DNA of 64,000 nt. It comes from a virus. Its lineage: Duplodnaviria; Caudoviricetes. The notes under the pieces were generated by a model, which worked only from the letters and a program-made list of their open reading frames with translations, was not told where the DNA came from and did not search any database. This document shows positions 44,230 through 55,149 of the stretch, in pieces. A program made the position numbers and the translations under genes. Positions within the stretch are counted from its first letter, which is position 1. Each line of letters starts with the position of its first letter. Location of the stretch: IMG/VR virus record IMGVR_UViG_3300028601_000030, positions 1-64,000 of that record; one strand, 5' to 3'.

Positions 44230-46319
44230 CAGTTCGCATCTCCTCGTATTTGCAGTACGAAGTTATCAGTAGGATTAGTAACTTCACCTTGCATTGTAGT
44301 TCTTGCAATCCAAACCGGATAGTTTGCTGCTGAAGTATCAAATCGGATGTTGTTTCCTGTTGCCCAACCAGAACCCCAACCATTAGGATCAATCGTAAAA
44401 TACGGAGCACCTGTAGCCGGATTTATTGGGGCTATTGGATTCGCAATGTTGTATTCTCCAATAATACCGAATGTTTCGCCAATAACTTGAATTGAGGAAG
44501 AACTGGTGAATTTCAAACACCATCTTTGATTCGCTGAACCTTCATTGGTGATAATAAACGGATAGTTTACTGTGTCATATTTTGCTGAAGTGCTGCTACC
44601 TGAAATAGAATCTCGCCACACACTATCCCATGTTTTCTGATGGAACAAACGTGTCACACGTCCAGCAAGGTCGCCAAGAATAAGTGCCGTAGAAAGCTGT
44701 GTGCCTGTCGCAGGGTAGTTGTGTGTTATTGGGCCTACGGAAGTCAAATACCCGTTGATTTGGGCTTCAGAAAGCAGGAGCATATCTTCTATTCGATGAT
44801 TCACCATCACATTCTCAGCATTGCCATTTGTATAACTATTCAATTGGGAACCATTTACTACAGTCAATGTTCCAGCAACAAGATCAATTGTGTAAATAGA
44901 ACGATCATCAGGAATGATATTTCCTTCATAATCATACACATCAGCAATGGATAATCTGTCTCTGCTCAAAGTTATTACTTGGCTGTCAGAAAATGGCCCA
45001 GTTCCAATTGCTTCTGATAGTGTATGATGAAGAACAACCACATCACCAGATTTAAAAATAGGTACCCGACCATCAGAAGGCAGTCTAATTGGTTCAATAC
45101 CAATAAGAGTAGAATCAAGTGGAAGAGTCCTTATACCTACGCAGTTATACATCGCAGTCTCAGGCATGAGACCAATAGGCTCCCAGATAACACCACCTTC
45201 TTGAATCATATCTACTGCGTACCAAGGTTCTTCTTCGTTGCCTTCTGCAAGTCGCCAACGTCCAATATCTAAGCGCACAACACCAGTTGTTGAATTGATA
45301 GTGCCCCGCATCGAAGGAAGATAACCAGACCCATCAAAAACTATTTTATCCTGATTATTTGCAAGTGCGGATAGTTGTGAGCCGTCGAGCATTGATCCAC
45401 GAACACTGAAAGAACCTGCAAGTAGCGGGGCAGAAGGAGTACGAAACACATACGAACTAGGAGGATTGCCTTGAAATCTAGCTAAACCACCAAGAATAGA
45501 AACCTTCGGACTTGTTATCTGGTCATATTGCCCAATAACGACCTCACCAGTTTTATAGTTTATGCTTCCCTTGTCCACACCAGCACCGGTTTCTGGGTCA
45601 AAATCGGTGACTACCCTGCCGTTACGATCATAATATATATCACTATCAAAAGAAAAAATTACACTGCCAGGAACCAGTTTTTGCGTTGAATGCGGGGTAA
45701 GGCTGAACTTTACTGGCAAAGAATTAAAATCTTTAGTCACTGTTCCTGCAATAAAATCACTATCATCTACGTATGTCGCAATCACTATATCCGGGTTAGG
45801 ATCTGTGCCTGATATTGTAGTAGATTGAGTAACCGTGGTGGTCGATTGCTCTTGTATATACGTTGGTTCATTGTTGTATGTAGCTGCAATCCCGCCTGCT
45901 GCATCTGTTTCTGGAGAAGAAGGCAACTGAGCCGGAGGTTTTTCTGTAGGTCCGCCAGACTCAAGCGCAAGGTACACGGATGCAGCCTTCTCCGCAATAT
46001 ATGCAGCCAATTCATCACTACCTGCTGCTAAATACCTGTCACGCAGTTCTATCAATCTATCATAATCCAGCTGTACTACATAATGGTCTACCTCTCTTCT
46101 TCTGCTCTCTTCCCACGCCGCCGATTCTTCTTCGGCAGTATTATATCCACACGTATAATAAGCAGATGCAAACCTGTGTATGAACACAAAACCATCTTGT
46201 TCAGGCCGCCCATCATCAACCTCTTGTTGTATATATCGACGATACTCGCCATTTACGTCATATCTAACCACTTCCATGTATTTTGGGTTTATTGGCGCAT
46301 ATCCGGGTGCTGCTGACAT
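44229..46319 (-). CDS. Tail tip structural protein (C-terminal-half type) with an unrelated N-terminal extension
   Basis: LPLDSTLIGIEPIRLPSDGRVPIF, HRIEDM, NPATGAPYF, GSGWATGNNIRF, FVLQIRGDAN. Confidence 0.75.
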   Translation of the reverse strand: MSAAPGYAPINPKYMEVVRYDVNGEYRRYIQQEVDDGRPEQDGFVFIHRFASAYYTCGYNTAEEESAAWEESRRREVDHYVVQLDYDRLIELRDRYLAAGSDELAAYIAEKAASVYLALESGGPTEKPPAQLPSSPETDAAGGIAATYNNEPTYIQEQSTTTVTQSTTISGTDPNPDIVIATYVDDSDFIAGTVTKDFNSLPVKFSLTPHSTQKLVPGSVIFSFDSDIYYDRNGRVVTDFDPETGAGVDKGSINYKTGEVVIGQYDQITSPKVSILGGLARFQGNPPSSYVFRTPSAPLLAGSFSVRGSMLDGSQLSALANNQDKIVFDGSGYLPSMRGTINSTTGVVRLDIGRWRLAEGNEEEPWYAVDMIQEGGVIWEPIGLMPETAMYNCVGIRTLPLDSTLIGIEPIRLPSDGRVPIFKSGDVVVLHHTLSEAIGTGPFSDSQVITLSRDRLSIADVYDYEGNIIPDDRSIYTIDLVAGTLTVVNGSQLNSYTNGNAENVMVNHRIEDMLLLSEAQINGYLTSVGPITHNYPATGTQLSTALILGDLAGRVTRLFHQKTWDSVWRDSISGSSTSAKYDTVNYPFIITNEGSANQRWCLKFTSSSSIQVIGETFGIIGEYNIANPIAPINPATGAPYFTIDPNGWGSGWATGNNIRFDTSAANYPVWIARTTMQGEVTNPTDNFVLQIRGDAN

Positions 46320-46331
46320 TATATTTCTCCT

Positions 46332-48317
46332 TTATGCGTTCGGGTTCCGAACCCAATCGGTGCTGATTTTGGTTTCCGTCCATGTTTGTTCATAATTATA
46401 TACGCCTGTCGGGTCTAGCGTGACCGCGCGTGTAACATAATCCACTACACCGACGGTTTCACCGGTGGATGTGTTGGTCAGCACCCCGTACATATCATCT
46501 CTGGCTTTCATTTTTACGAGGTTTTTGAGGCTGCCTTGCGGCCCGGCGGAAATCGTGCGTTCTACATACCATTCAATCTCTACACTGCCGGGGCGAATGC
46601 TTGTAGTTTCATCTCCCAGCGTGAAGCTGGTGACACTCGAAAAGGCTTCGTATTTGGTGGAGTTTTTCTCAGCTGATACGGTGAAAACAGTATCTGATGA
46701 TGGAAAAACGTTAGGCTCAAAGAGGATTATGCCGTTGGTATAAGCTATTGCCCCTGTGCCATCGCCAGCAAGTTCATATGTGGTAGTGGTATCGTCAGCC
46801 AGTAAATCGGTGCCCCATTCAACCGTGACGGTTCCCGGTTTTATGTCACCTTCGCCTAAATCCATCACGTATTCTATAGAGGTTGTGTCAGATGAAGGTG
46901 CAAGATCTTTCACATCATCGAACTTACCCCATTTGACGATAATTGAACTGCCGACGTCGGGCAAGGCGCCGAGGGTAAGAACCAGTGAGCCTGTCCAGTA
47001 ATCTATGGTACCGGAGCCGGTATTTTCTAAATCGGGAACTAGCTTGCCGTGACCATCGTCACGGATTCTGTACCACTTGCCTTGTGCCATGTAGTCTATA
47101 ATAAGGCTATTAGGTGCTGGGTATGGATCTATGAGTGATGGCACGTAATTGTAAGCGCGATTTGCCAGTTTAATATAAATTTCTTTAGTAACACTTGAGT
47201 TGGCTATTACCGCGCCGAGGTTTACGCTTATCTGTGCACTAAACGCCACAGTATCTGGTGGAGTAATACTTATCAAACCTTGTGCGTAGTCAACAAATCC
47301 AGAATATCCTCCATTTGTAGCATCTTCTCCAACTATCAAAGAGCCATTCAAATCGGAAAATTCTGCCATCGTTGTTCCAGATTTAACAATTTTTACGCTC
47401 ACTGTTCCTCTAGCAATAGCTCTAGGGCAATGCGCTGAAGTAAAAGTTCCAGAAGACATGGCAACGGTTGTCGAATACCGATGATGAAGATCCAAAATCA
47501 CTGAAGTATCCCCACCAACCATTTGGTCCACAAATGCAGTTTCTTGGCGCGACACAGGAACTAATTGGTTGTAGATACTATCTACTTGGACATGAAATTC
47601 ACCTTGATTCACTGTTTGTGTAACGTTTGAAACACCGTAATATTTTGCTGAATCTGTAACCACTGTTGCATGGATTCTGGAATCCGCTTTAGTTGCATAC
47701 GGGGTTGCTTCCAATCCAGGAAAATCATAAAGTAGTGCCGCGGAAAGTTCTACAGTTAGCCTAGAAACAGTAAAACTGCCATAGCTTGGCAAAACAAACT
47801 CAACCTCAGTTTGTGCAATATCAATTATTCGAACATATTGGTAATTACCGGTATTATAATTTTTTATAACAACCGTATCGTTAATTTCTGGAGCTTCCGT
47901 TCCAGGAGGGGCAAATAGGGCGACTGCTCTTTGTCCTTTAAGTTGATCATTAAGAGGGCGCCAAATCAATTCATGTGCTATGGACAAATAAGATTCTACT
48001 TTGTCCCGGGCATCTTGACGAATATCAGTAAAGTCCCTACGAGAAAACATGGTTACATAAACATTATCATCGTCAGGGGGGTCTGTAACAATGACATGGG
48101 CGCCGTAATACATGTCAGAATTTGCAGTTATTACTGCGGGAAATGCTTTCCGAAGAGAAACACGACCGTAGGTTCGATCTAGTCTGGAAATGTCAGAGAA
48201 CAGATTATTTAACTCACCAGAAACAACCTCTTGTCCGGTCATTGCTCCGCCGCCATCATAGAAATCTGTCAATCTCTCAGAGGCGAGCAGTTTTATATCC
48301 GTTTTTTTAATAGCCAT
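46332..48317 (-). CDS. Tail tip structural protein (N-terminal-half type)
   Basis: DIKLLASERLTD..DGGG...NNLFSDISRLDRTYGRVSLRK, YYGVS, YMAQGKWY..RDDG.G. Confidence 0.75.
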   Translation of the reverse strand: MAIKKTDIKLLASERLTDFYDGGGAMTGQEVVSGELNNLFSDISRLDRTYGRVSLRKAFPAVITANSDMYYGAHVIVTDPPDDDNVYVTMFSRRDFTDIRQDARDKVESYLSIAHELIWRPLNDQLKGQRAVALFAPPGTEAPEINDTVVIKNYNTGNYQYVRIIDIAQTEVEFVLPSYGSFTVSRLTVELSAALLYDFPGLEATPYATKADSRIHATVVTDSAKYYGVSNVTQTVNQGEFHVQVDSIYNQLVPVSRQETAFVDQMVGGDTSVILDLHHRYSTTVAMSSGTFTSAHCPRAIARGTVSVKIVKSGTTMAEFSDLNGSLIVGEDATNGGYSGFVDYAQGLISITPPDTVAFSAQISVNLGAVIANSSVTKEIYIKLANRAYNYVPSLIDPYPAPNSLIIDYMAQGKWYRIRDDGHGKLVPDLENTGSGTIDYWTGSLVLTLGALPDVGSSIIVKWGKFDDVKDLAPSSDTTSIEYVMDLGEGDIKPGTVTVEWGTDLLADDTTTTYELAGDGTGAIAYTNGIILFEPNVFPSSDTVFTVSAEKNSTKYEAFSSVTSFTLGDETTSIRPGSVEIEWYVERTISAGPQGSLKNLVKMKARDDMYGVLTNTSTGETVGVVDYVTRAVTLDPTGVYNYEQTWTETKISTDWVRNPNA

Positions 48318-48320
48318 AAT

Positions 48321-48698
48321 TTACTCCAAAACCATTAAGTATAAAGACAAGGTGTAATAAAAATCAGCATCTGGATCACTATTGTCTGCAACAGGATTTG
48401 CGTTGTATCTATCACCAGTAAAAACAACATTAAAAGAACGCCCGTCATTTAAGACGAGCGTCATTTGTAAACCTGGTGTGTCCGCTTTGGCTTTCACCAA
48501 ATCTACGACTGATTTTTTAACGTAACCGAAAGTATCTCCGCCGATAAGTGTTATAAGTCTTCCTGTCAGCTGTGCGTCTTCTTGTACGGCAACTGCACCA
48601 TCAGACATTATATCAACTTGCTGGGCTACGGGAGTCCAAGCATATTCATCAATCCATAAAAGATCAGAGGTCAATGAAATTCCATCCAGTGTAATCAT
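48321..48698 (-). CDS. Distal tail-like protein
   Basis: ITLDGI.L..DL.W.DE..W...Q......GR.ITL.G, directly after tape measure. Confidence 0.65.
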   Translation of the reverse strand: MITLDGISLTSDLLWIDEYAWTPVAQQVDIMSDGAVAVQEDAQLTGRLITLIGGDTFGYVKKSVVDLVKAKADTPGLQMTLVLNDGRSFNVVFTGDRYNANPVADNSDPDADFYYTLSLYLMVLE

Positions 48699-48701
48699 CT
48701 G

Positions 48702-51700
48702 TTACCCCGCAAATCCCTGCTGTTTCTGCAACATGGCCATCAAATTTTTGGCGTCTTCTTCTGTGAAATTACCAACAACCTGTTGACCTCCAGACTGTAT
48801 ATTAACTGAAACACTGCGCCTTGTTCCTTCATCATTGCGTTTATTATCGGACAAAGCTTTTTCAATTCTATTGAGAACCTTTGTTAAAGCACCATCGTCT
48901 TTATCATAACGAACAACCTGTCCTCCTGTCGAGAAATTTGTTTTTGGCACAGGAGCGGATGCTGGAGCAGGTACAACCGAAGCTCCCTGCAACGCTGATT
49001 TTATTGCCTGTCCAGCGGCAGATAATGGTTCATTTATACCTTTCATAAACCCAGAACCAAAATTCTGTGTCCAAGACCTTGCAGATTCATTGCGTATGAA
49101 CCACTCACCAGGACGAGCAAGTACCGGAATAGAATCAATTGTGGATTCACCTGGTAATTGGCCGCCACGAGCCATCTTAGTTGTATTGTCCTTTTTTGTG
49201 CCAAATGGATCATACCAATTGTGACTAATTCCACCTTGAGTTGCGTCAGCTATAGACTTTAGTGCTTCGAGCATTTGCTGGTTAAATGATTCTACACCTT
49301 CCAAACGTTTTGCATTTTCGGCCTCAATCCACTCTAATGCTTTTTCGTGGGCAATTCTGGCACGTTCTTCTTCTTCTTCCGCCTGCTCAATCTTCATTTC
49401 ATTTAATTCTAAAAGATTGCCTTTTTCAATATCCAATCTATCTGTGATAGCTTGGGATTCAAGAGACAACATTTCTTGGACATCAAGAAGACCTTCCAAA
49501 CGCTCTTGTGCAAGCTCCCGTTCTTCTTGTTTCTGTGCATCAGTAAGTTCACCAGCAGCTTCCAAAAATTGTAAATGCTGCGCGTCTGCTAAACGTTGGG
49601 CAGAAATCTGTGCTTTTATTTCTGCACTTTCCTTTTTTATTTCTTCTAATCTTGAAGCATCTTCTGGAGCAAATCCATAATCTTCAATATTTTTGCCCGC
49701 TTCTTGTAGGCGTTCAATCTCACCTACAGCCGCGTTAATGGCGTCAGTATTCGCCTGCTCTTTCTCTAGTCGGGCGGCATTCTCTTTTTCTTGATTAAGG
49801 ATACGTTGCTGGTTGATTTGTTCCTGAACTGCTGATTTAGCTTTTTGTAAGTTTTGGAGGTCTTCTTGCCCCAAATACGTATATTCTTCTCGAATCTGAT
49901 TTAATTTGCGTTGGGCAGCTTCTACATCTGAGTAGTGAGAAATTTCCATTGAATCCAAAGCACGAATGTCTTTGGTATATTGCAATTTCTCTCTGATTGC
50001 ATTTGCAGCTTCTCTCCACTTATCAGCTAAATCCTTCCAAAGCGGAGCCCACGCAGCGGAGCCGCGAAGCATAGCATCCTTAAAACCCTGCGTCTTTTTC
50101 TGAGCTGCATCAAGTTTCAACGCCCACTGAGCAACTTCATCGCCAGCCAATGCGGCATTTTCGGCTATAGCCTCAATAAATAAGTTTCCTTGAGAACCTA
50201 AACTTGCGGCCTTTGCGCCAACTTCAACTAGCGCATTCCCAACCTCATTATATAAACCAGTAATAAAGTTTGCTGCGGCTGCTGCAACTCTTTCACGTTT
50301 ACTAGCAGCCTTTTCTTCCGCTTTACTTTCTTCCTCAATTTGCGCCAAACGTTCCTCATGTGCTTCTTTTGCGATCTGTTTGCGCTTTGCTGCTGCTTGT
50401 TCAGCCTGAATGTGATACTCAGCTTCCGCTTGGAGCATTTTCTCTTTAGCGGCTTTTATATCTTCAACACTTGCATTTTCGAGTGCGGATATCTCATTGT
50501 AATACGCTCGTGCTTGATTAAGGCGCATTTGAAGGTATTTGGTCTCAATCTCTAATTTCTCTTTTTCATATTCTTCTTTGGAAACGCTACCTTGAATATT
50601 GCGGGTTTCAAGTCGAGCAAGCTCCCGTTTTTCAGCGTTATCAATGATGGTCATTTCCAAATCATACGAGGCTTCAATGTCTTTGGTGCGCTGTTGTATC
50701 AGCTTCTTTTCTGTCGTATATATGGATTTTTTCTTATCTTCAATTTGAGCAACCAACTTCATAACAACGTCGGTATGGTCTCCTTCTAAAGCCATCTTGT
50801 CTCGCAAGTTGTCCTGGAGATCCGACAGTTCTCTACGGTATTGGGCTTGACGCCGTTCCAATATAGCTTCGCCAACTTCTTCTATATCAGTTACCGCTTC
50901 ATAGTTCAGCTCTTTTAACGCTTCTTTTTGGCGTTCTGCAATCTCACGTTCCTTGTCGGCGTATTCCTCTTCAATCTCAACCTTTCTTTGTAGGTGATTT
51001 TGAAGCAACTTCGCTTTCGCTAGCAGAGTTTGACGGTAAATTTCTGTATCTTGTCTACCGGTCTCTACAAGCGTATCCAAAGTCTCATTCAGATATTTTA
51101 AACGTTCTTGGTAAGCCTTGTTTTCTTCCGCAATAGCTTGTGCTTTGCCATCACCGAATATCTCAGCTATCTGTGCCTGTATTTCATATTCGTCCGCTTT
51201 TAATTCAATCAGTCTCTTTTCAACTTCGAGCAGGGCTTTTGTGGTGCGGATAACTTCTTGTTTAGTTTCCCGTACCTTTTCTTCCGCTTTATTTACTGCT
51301 TGAGTGGCAGACAGAAGTTCTTGCTCGGAAACTTTCCGCTTGGCCAAAGAAGCTAAATTAGCCTTTGCATTTTTTGCCTCAATTTCTGCGGTACGTAGAG
51401 CTACCGCAGCTTTTTCCTTGTCCACCTCGGCTTCTTCGATCTTGGTTGCTAAAGTCTCTTTGCGGGTCTTGAGGGAAGTCTTTTCCGCTTCCTGAGTTTC
51501 CCTCTCCCGCGCAATTATCTCTTTTAGCTGTGCAACGTATTCTCTAGTAGCGGGTAAGTTGTCTCCGAAGACTTCAGCAAAATCAAACGCTTCCCCAAGG
51601 TTTTCAATCTGCATGATTTGCAGGGCAATTTCCTTGAGCTTCGCATTGTACTTGGAAGTAGCTTCACCAAGATTTCTTCTGCGTTCTGCGGCGAGTTCTT

Positions 51701-54329
51701 CCTCATCCCCAGCAGCTTTTACTGATTCTGCGTGAAGTTTCACGGAACGCGCACTTTGCACTAATTCTTGGCTGAGAAGTTTTACCTTTTCTGTAGTAGC
51801 TTCTACAGCTTCTTCAATTTTAGACTTTTGGATTTTTTCTAAAACCTTCGCAAGAGCCTCGCCGCTATCGGAAGCATTATAAATCTCAGTAGTCCACTTT
51901 GGATAAGCATCAGCCAACTTGTTTACAAGGTCGAGCCTTTCTGCGGCAGTTCCATTAAACTTCTTTGTCTGTGCGATTTCTGCATCTAAAGCGGAAGCTA
52001 CTTTTAAGGCATCTGCTTTTAACTGGGTGTAATTTTTAATGGTTTTTTCTGTAGCTTTATGGTGCTTGTACATCAGCCCCAAAAGAATTGTAATACCAGC
52101 AATTGCCATACCCCACGGATTTGCAAGAATAGCCACATTCATTGCAAGTATCCTGGCAGTGGCAGCTTTTGTTGCCGCTCCAAATGCGGCCATCGCTGCA
52201 CTAGCTTTTACCATTGAAGCCCCAATTTGCAGAGCGATAAATGCCGCGGCTGCGGAAGTAAGTCCAACAAACCATCTAGCTGCGGGAAGTCCTACCAAAT
52301 CTGTCAAGCGATCTAGCGTGTACCGAACAGTGTTGCCGAAAACACGAAGAACACCATTTAATCCTGCATCCCCCATTGCAAGTGCAAGGTTTGCTGCCTT
52401 ATCACCTATCTGCTTGTATATGATTCCAAGACCTTCAACCTGAATAGCTGCATTTTCTGCGGCGGTTCCTTGGAGCTGTACAGCGAGCTGCATTTTTTCG
52501 AAAGCTTCAACACCTTGGGTAGCAAGCGCAGAAGCAGCAGTTGCCCCACGCAAACCAAACAGTTCGAATGCTGTATCAGCATCTGTCACGACATACTGGA
52601 GATTCTTAATGACAGTCTGCATGTCATTAGCACGAAGGTCAAAATCTTCAACGCTTAAACCAGCTTCCCGAATTGCTTTTTTCATCTTGTCTGTAGGAGA
52701 TACCAACTCTTTAAAGACCCTACGCAAGCCAGTAGCAATGGAACTCGCTCTCATACCTGTATTTGCAAGTACCATCATACTTGCAGAAGTGTCTTTGAGC
52801 GACACGCCTGCCCTAGCAGCAATTGGTCCAAGATAGTTCATCGCTGTTTGGATTTTGTCTACAGTCAGCTTTGAATTATTGACTGCATTGGTGAAAATAT
52901 CCGCAGCATCCGAAGCATTTATATTCTCATCCTTGAACACACGAAGGGCGGAAGTGACAAGTTCTACCGAAGTGTTCATGGTAGAAAGTGTACCAGTTGC
53001 AAGATTCGCAACGCCCTCAATCGCACCAATAGTTTCTAGTGCAGAGAAACCAGATTGACCGAGAAGTTTCATACCTTCTGCAATCTCACCAGCAGAGAAT
53101 TTGGTTATGCCTGCTACTTCGCGAATCTTCGCATCGAGCAGCCCCATTTCTTCTGTAGTTGCTCTGGTAATTGCTTCAAGGTCTTTTAGTGCTTGGGAAA
53201 ATTGGATGTTCGTGGTGAAGGCTTTCATTGCGGTGCCAAGGGCCGCAGCAGTAGTAGCTGCCGCTACGGTGTAAGCAACGAAAGATTTTAACTTGTTTCC
53301 AATAAATTGTATTGCGCGTCCGAAACGCCCGGATTCTTCTTGAGTGCGCTTAAACCCTGCAGAGAGAACACCTAAACGCCTCCCAGCTTCCTCACTTGAT
53401 ACTCCAAGAGTGCGCAAACCTTCACTTGTTAGTGCTTTAAACTTTCCATTTACAACAGAAAGATCACCAGATAGTATTTTCTGAGAAGCAAGCACTGGAT
53501 CAATTGAAGCTACATGTTTTCGATATGCTTTAGTTGCGGTGTCTACATTTCCGGTTTGTGCCTTTAAAGCAATCCTGGAATTTTTTGTAGCTGTTGCTGT
53601 CTGGTCTAAGGCTTTTGACCATATTGCAACTTCTTTTGAGCCATAACCAAATTGTTTTCCTAGTGACTGAACAGCATCACTATAAACATAAGAAATTTTG
53701 GCATTTTTATCCAAAACTTTTTTATAATCAGTCTGAACATTATTCAGTTTACGTAGGGCTTCAGCTTGTTTTTTGTTCATGCCTAAAGCACGTTCACCAG
53801 CCGCAGTTACCGGAACAAGAACATCACCAACTTTTTTGATATCTTTAGAAGTGAGTGCTGCTTGAGCACCTAAAGCATCGAAATTTTTGGTAAAAGTACC
53901 AACTTTATTTCCAGTGGCTACAAGTTGTGCAGCAGTGCCCATAACGGCATTTTCCCACTTTGTTGCTTCTTTTGTGGCACGTTTGTGGGCTAATTCTGTT
54001 TTACCTAATTTTTGGTAGTAATCGTTGTATAGGGTAGAAACACCCTTAATTTCAGAAGCAAATTTACCTTGTGCAGCAGCAGCCTTGCTCGTAGCGTCTG
54101 CTTGCTTAGTAAATTCTTTGGCGGCCTTGCCAGTTGTTTTGGCAAGGCCGTCCAATTCCTTCTGCATCTTGGAAAGTTGCGTGGCGGCAGCGGACTTGTT
54201 CATCTTGTCCATCTCTACCGCCAAATTCTTGGTCAGATTGGCGAGGTTTTTGAAGCTCGTATTTAGGGCATTAAACACCGATTTGGTGTTGTTTACCATG
54301 CTGACGGACATTCTTAAATCTGCGGCCAT
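48702..54329 (-). CDS. Tail tape measure protein (1875 aa)
   Basis: TP901-type core (FSAGEIAEG..LLGQSGF, AVNNSKLTV, LFGLRG), long helical Ala/Glu/Lys-rich body, C-terminal MARGG...DSIP.LA.PGEW. Confidence 0.95.
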   Translation of the reverse strand: MAADLRMSVSMVNNTKSVFNALNTSFKNLANLTKNLAVEMDKMNKSAAATQLSKMQKELDGLAKTTGKAAKEFTKQADATSKAAAAQGKFASEIKGVSTLYNDYYQKLGKTELAHKRATKEATKWENAVMGTAAQLVATGNKVGTFTKNFDALGAQAALTSKDIKKVGDVLVPVTAAGERALGMNKKQAEALRKLNNVQTDYKKVLDKNAKISYVYSDAVQSLGKQFGYGSKEVAIWSKALDQTATATKNSRIALKAQTGNVDTATKAYRKHVASIDPVLASQKILSGDLSVVNGKFKALTSEGLRTLGVSSEEAGRRLGVLSAGFKRTQEESGRFGRAIQFIGNKLKSFVAYTVAAATTAAALGTAMKAFTTNIQFSQALKDLEAITRATTEEMGLLDAKIREVAGITKFSAGEIAEGMKLLGQSGFSALETIGAIEGVANLATGTLSTMNTSVELVTSALRVFKDENINASDAADIFTNAVNNSKLTVDKIQTAMNYLGPIAARAGVSLKDTSASMMVLANTGMRASSIATGLRRVFKELVSPTDKMKKAIREAGLSVEDFDLRANDMQTVIKNLQYVVTDADTAFELFGLRGATAASALATQGVEAFEKMQLAVQLQGTAAENAAIQVEGLGIIYKQIGDKAANLALAMGDAGLNGVLRVFGNTVRYTLDRLTDLVGLPAARWFVGLTSAAAAFIALQIGASMVKASAAMAAFGAATKAATARILAMNVAILANPWGMAIAGITILLGLMYKHHKATEKTIKNYTQLKADALKVASALDAEIAQTKKFNGTAAERLDLVNKLADAYPKWTTEIYNASDSGEALAKVLEKIQKSKIEEAVEATTEKVKLLSQELVQSARSVKLHAESVKAAGDEEELAAERRRNLGEATSKYNAKLKEIALQIMQIENLGEAFDFAEVFGDNLPATREYVAQLKEIIARERETQEAEKTSLKTRKETLATKIEEAEVDKEKAAVALRTAEIEAKNAKANLASLAKRKVSEQELLSATQAVNKAEEKVRETKQEVIRTTKALLEVEKRLIELKADEYEIQAQIAEIFGDGKAQAIAEENKAYQERLKYLNETLDTLVETGRQDTEIYRQTLLAKAKLLQNHLQRKVEIEEEYADKEREIAERQKEALKELNYEAVTDIEEVGEAILERRQAQYRRELSDLQDNLRDKMALEGDHTDVVMKLVAQIEDKKKSIYTTEKKLIQQRTKDIEASYDLEMTIIDNAEKRELARLETRNIQGSVSKEEYEKEKLEIETKYLQMRLNQARAYYNEISALENASVEDIKAAKEKMLQAEAEYHIQAEQAAAKRKQIAKEAHEERLAQIEEESKAEEKAASKRERVAAAAANFITGLYNEVGNALVEVGAKAASLGSQGNLFIEAIAENAALAGDEVAQWALKLDAAQKKTQGFKDAMLRGSAAWAPLWKDLADKWREAANAIREKLQYTKDIRALDSMEISHYSDVEAAQRKLNQIREEYTYLGQEDLQNLQKAKSAVQEQINQQRILNQEKENAARLEKEQANTDAINAAVGEIERLQEAGKNIEDYGFAPEDASRLEEIKKESAEIKAQISAQRLADAQHLQFLEAAGELTDAQKQEERELAQERLEGLLDVQEMLSLESQAITDRLDIEKGNLLELNEMKIEQAEEEEERARIAHEKALEWIEAENAKRLEGVESFNQQMLEALKSIADATQGGISHNWYDPFGTKKDNTTKMARGGQLPGESTIDSIPVLARPGEWFIRNESARSWTQNFGSGFMKGINEPLSAAGQAIKSALQGASVVPAPASAPVPKTNFSTGGQVVRYDKDDGALTKVLNRIEKALSDNKRNDEGTRRSVSVNIQSGGQQVVGNFTEEDAKNLMAMLQKQQGFAG

Positions 54330-54331
54330 GA

Positions 54332-54733
54332 TTATTTCCTTTGCTCAGACTGCCATTTTTTATGCTTACCCATCATTTTTTGGGTCATTTCTTCCTTCTC
54401 TTCAGGAGATATATTAGCATAATCGTCAGGGTTTCCAAATAACGGAACTTCTTTATTCATGTTTTGGGAGGTATTTATTTGCGGGTCTTTGCTCGCAGCT
54501 TCTTTAGAAACATCTATACCGTGCATTGCGGCCTCAATTTCAAGATCATCATTTCGCAATTTGGTTAGTGTTTTGTATAGCGTTTCAAATTGGCTTCGAG
54601 TTACACCTCCCTCTAAAAAACCAAGAGTATAAAAATGCTCTACTCTGTAGGTTGAGTTTTTGATTATTGTGCAGATTGCCTCGTCTGTGGAAACATATTC
54701 TTTACTTTCCCCACGAGGCTCTGGAAGTTTTTT
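54332..54733 (-). CDS. -1 frameshift extension of the tail assembly chaperone (gpGT-like)
   Basis: Slippery A-AAA-AAC at 54733-54727 in the gpG frame; the -1 frame is open from there through the 54332-54559 ORF. Confidence 0.85.
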   Translation of the reverse strand, partial: KKLPEPRGESKEYVSTDEAICTIIKNSTYRVEHFYTLGFLEGGVTRSQFETLYKTLTKLRNDDLEIEAAMHGIDVSKEAASKDPQINTSQNMNKEVPLFGNPDDYANISPEEKEEMTQKMMGKHKKWQSEQRK

Positions 54734-55065
54734 ACTGAACCGGTAAAGTTCATATCAAAGATCAGTTCCAGAAGTTCTGTAAACTGTTCATTGTCAATGT
54801 CAGACATTTCTGGACGATTAGCTTCCTTAGTGACCATCTGCAATACTGTGGAAATGTTTTCTTTCAGCACATCGAAGATGGTTAAAACTACAGTGGTTGT
54901 TTCAGAATCATCCGAGTCATCAGTGATGCCAGAAATTTTTTCGGCAACATCAGAAATAGTGTCAAACAGTTTAAACTCGTCCGCCATAGAAAGCGGATAG
55001 ATGGTATAGGTGTGAAGTTCTTCGATTCCCAACTCAATGGTTTTGATTTTTGGATTAAGGCCCAT
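54664..55065 (-). CDS. Tail assembly chaperone (gpG-like)
   Basis: Acidic 133 aa between major tail and tape measure, with slippery site. Confidence 0.85.
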   Translation of the reverse strand: MGLNPKIKTIELGIEELHTYTIYPLSMADEFKLFDTISDVAEKISGITDDSDDSETTTVVLTIFDVLKENISTVLQMVTKEANRPEMSDIDNEQFTELLELIFDMNFTGSVKNFQSLVGKVKNMFPQTRQSAQ

Positions 55066-55091
55066 TTTCTATTCTCCTAGAAGATTGAAGT

Positions 55092-55113
55092 TGGGGAGGC
55101 GAAAGCCTCCCCA
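55092..55113 (-). terminator. Hairpin after the major tail gene
   Basis: TGGGGAGGC-GAAA-GCCTCCCCA. Confidence 0.6.
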
Positions 55114-55149
55114 TACTATGTAACACGATCAATCAAAATAAATTGATCG

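Noticed and set aside
54700-54715. Lambda-type GGGAAAG slippery site in the chaperone gene
   Set aside because: It is in the wrong codon phase (GGG AAA GTA); the in-phase A AAA AAC upstream explains the frameshift.
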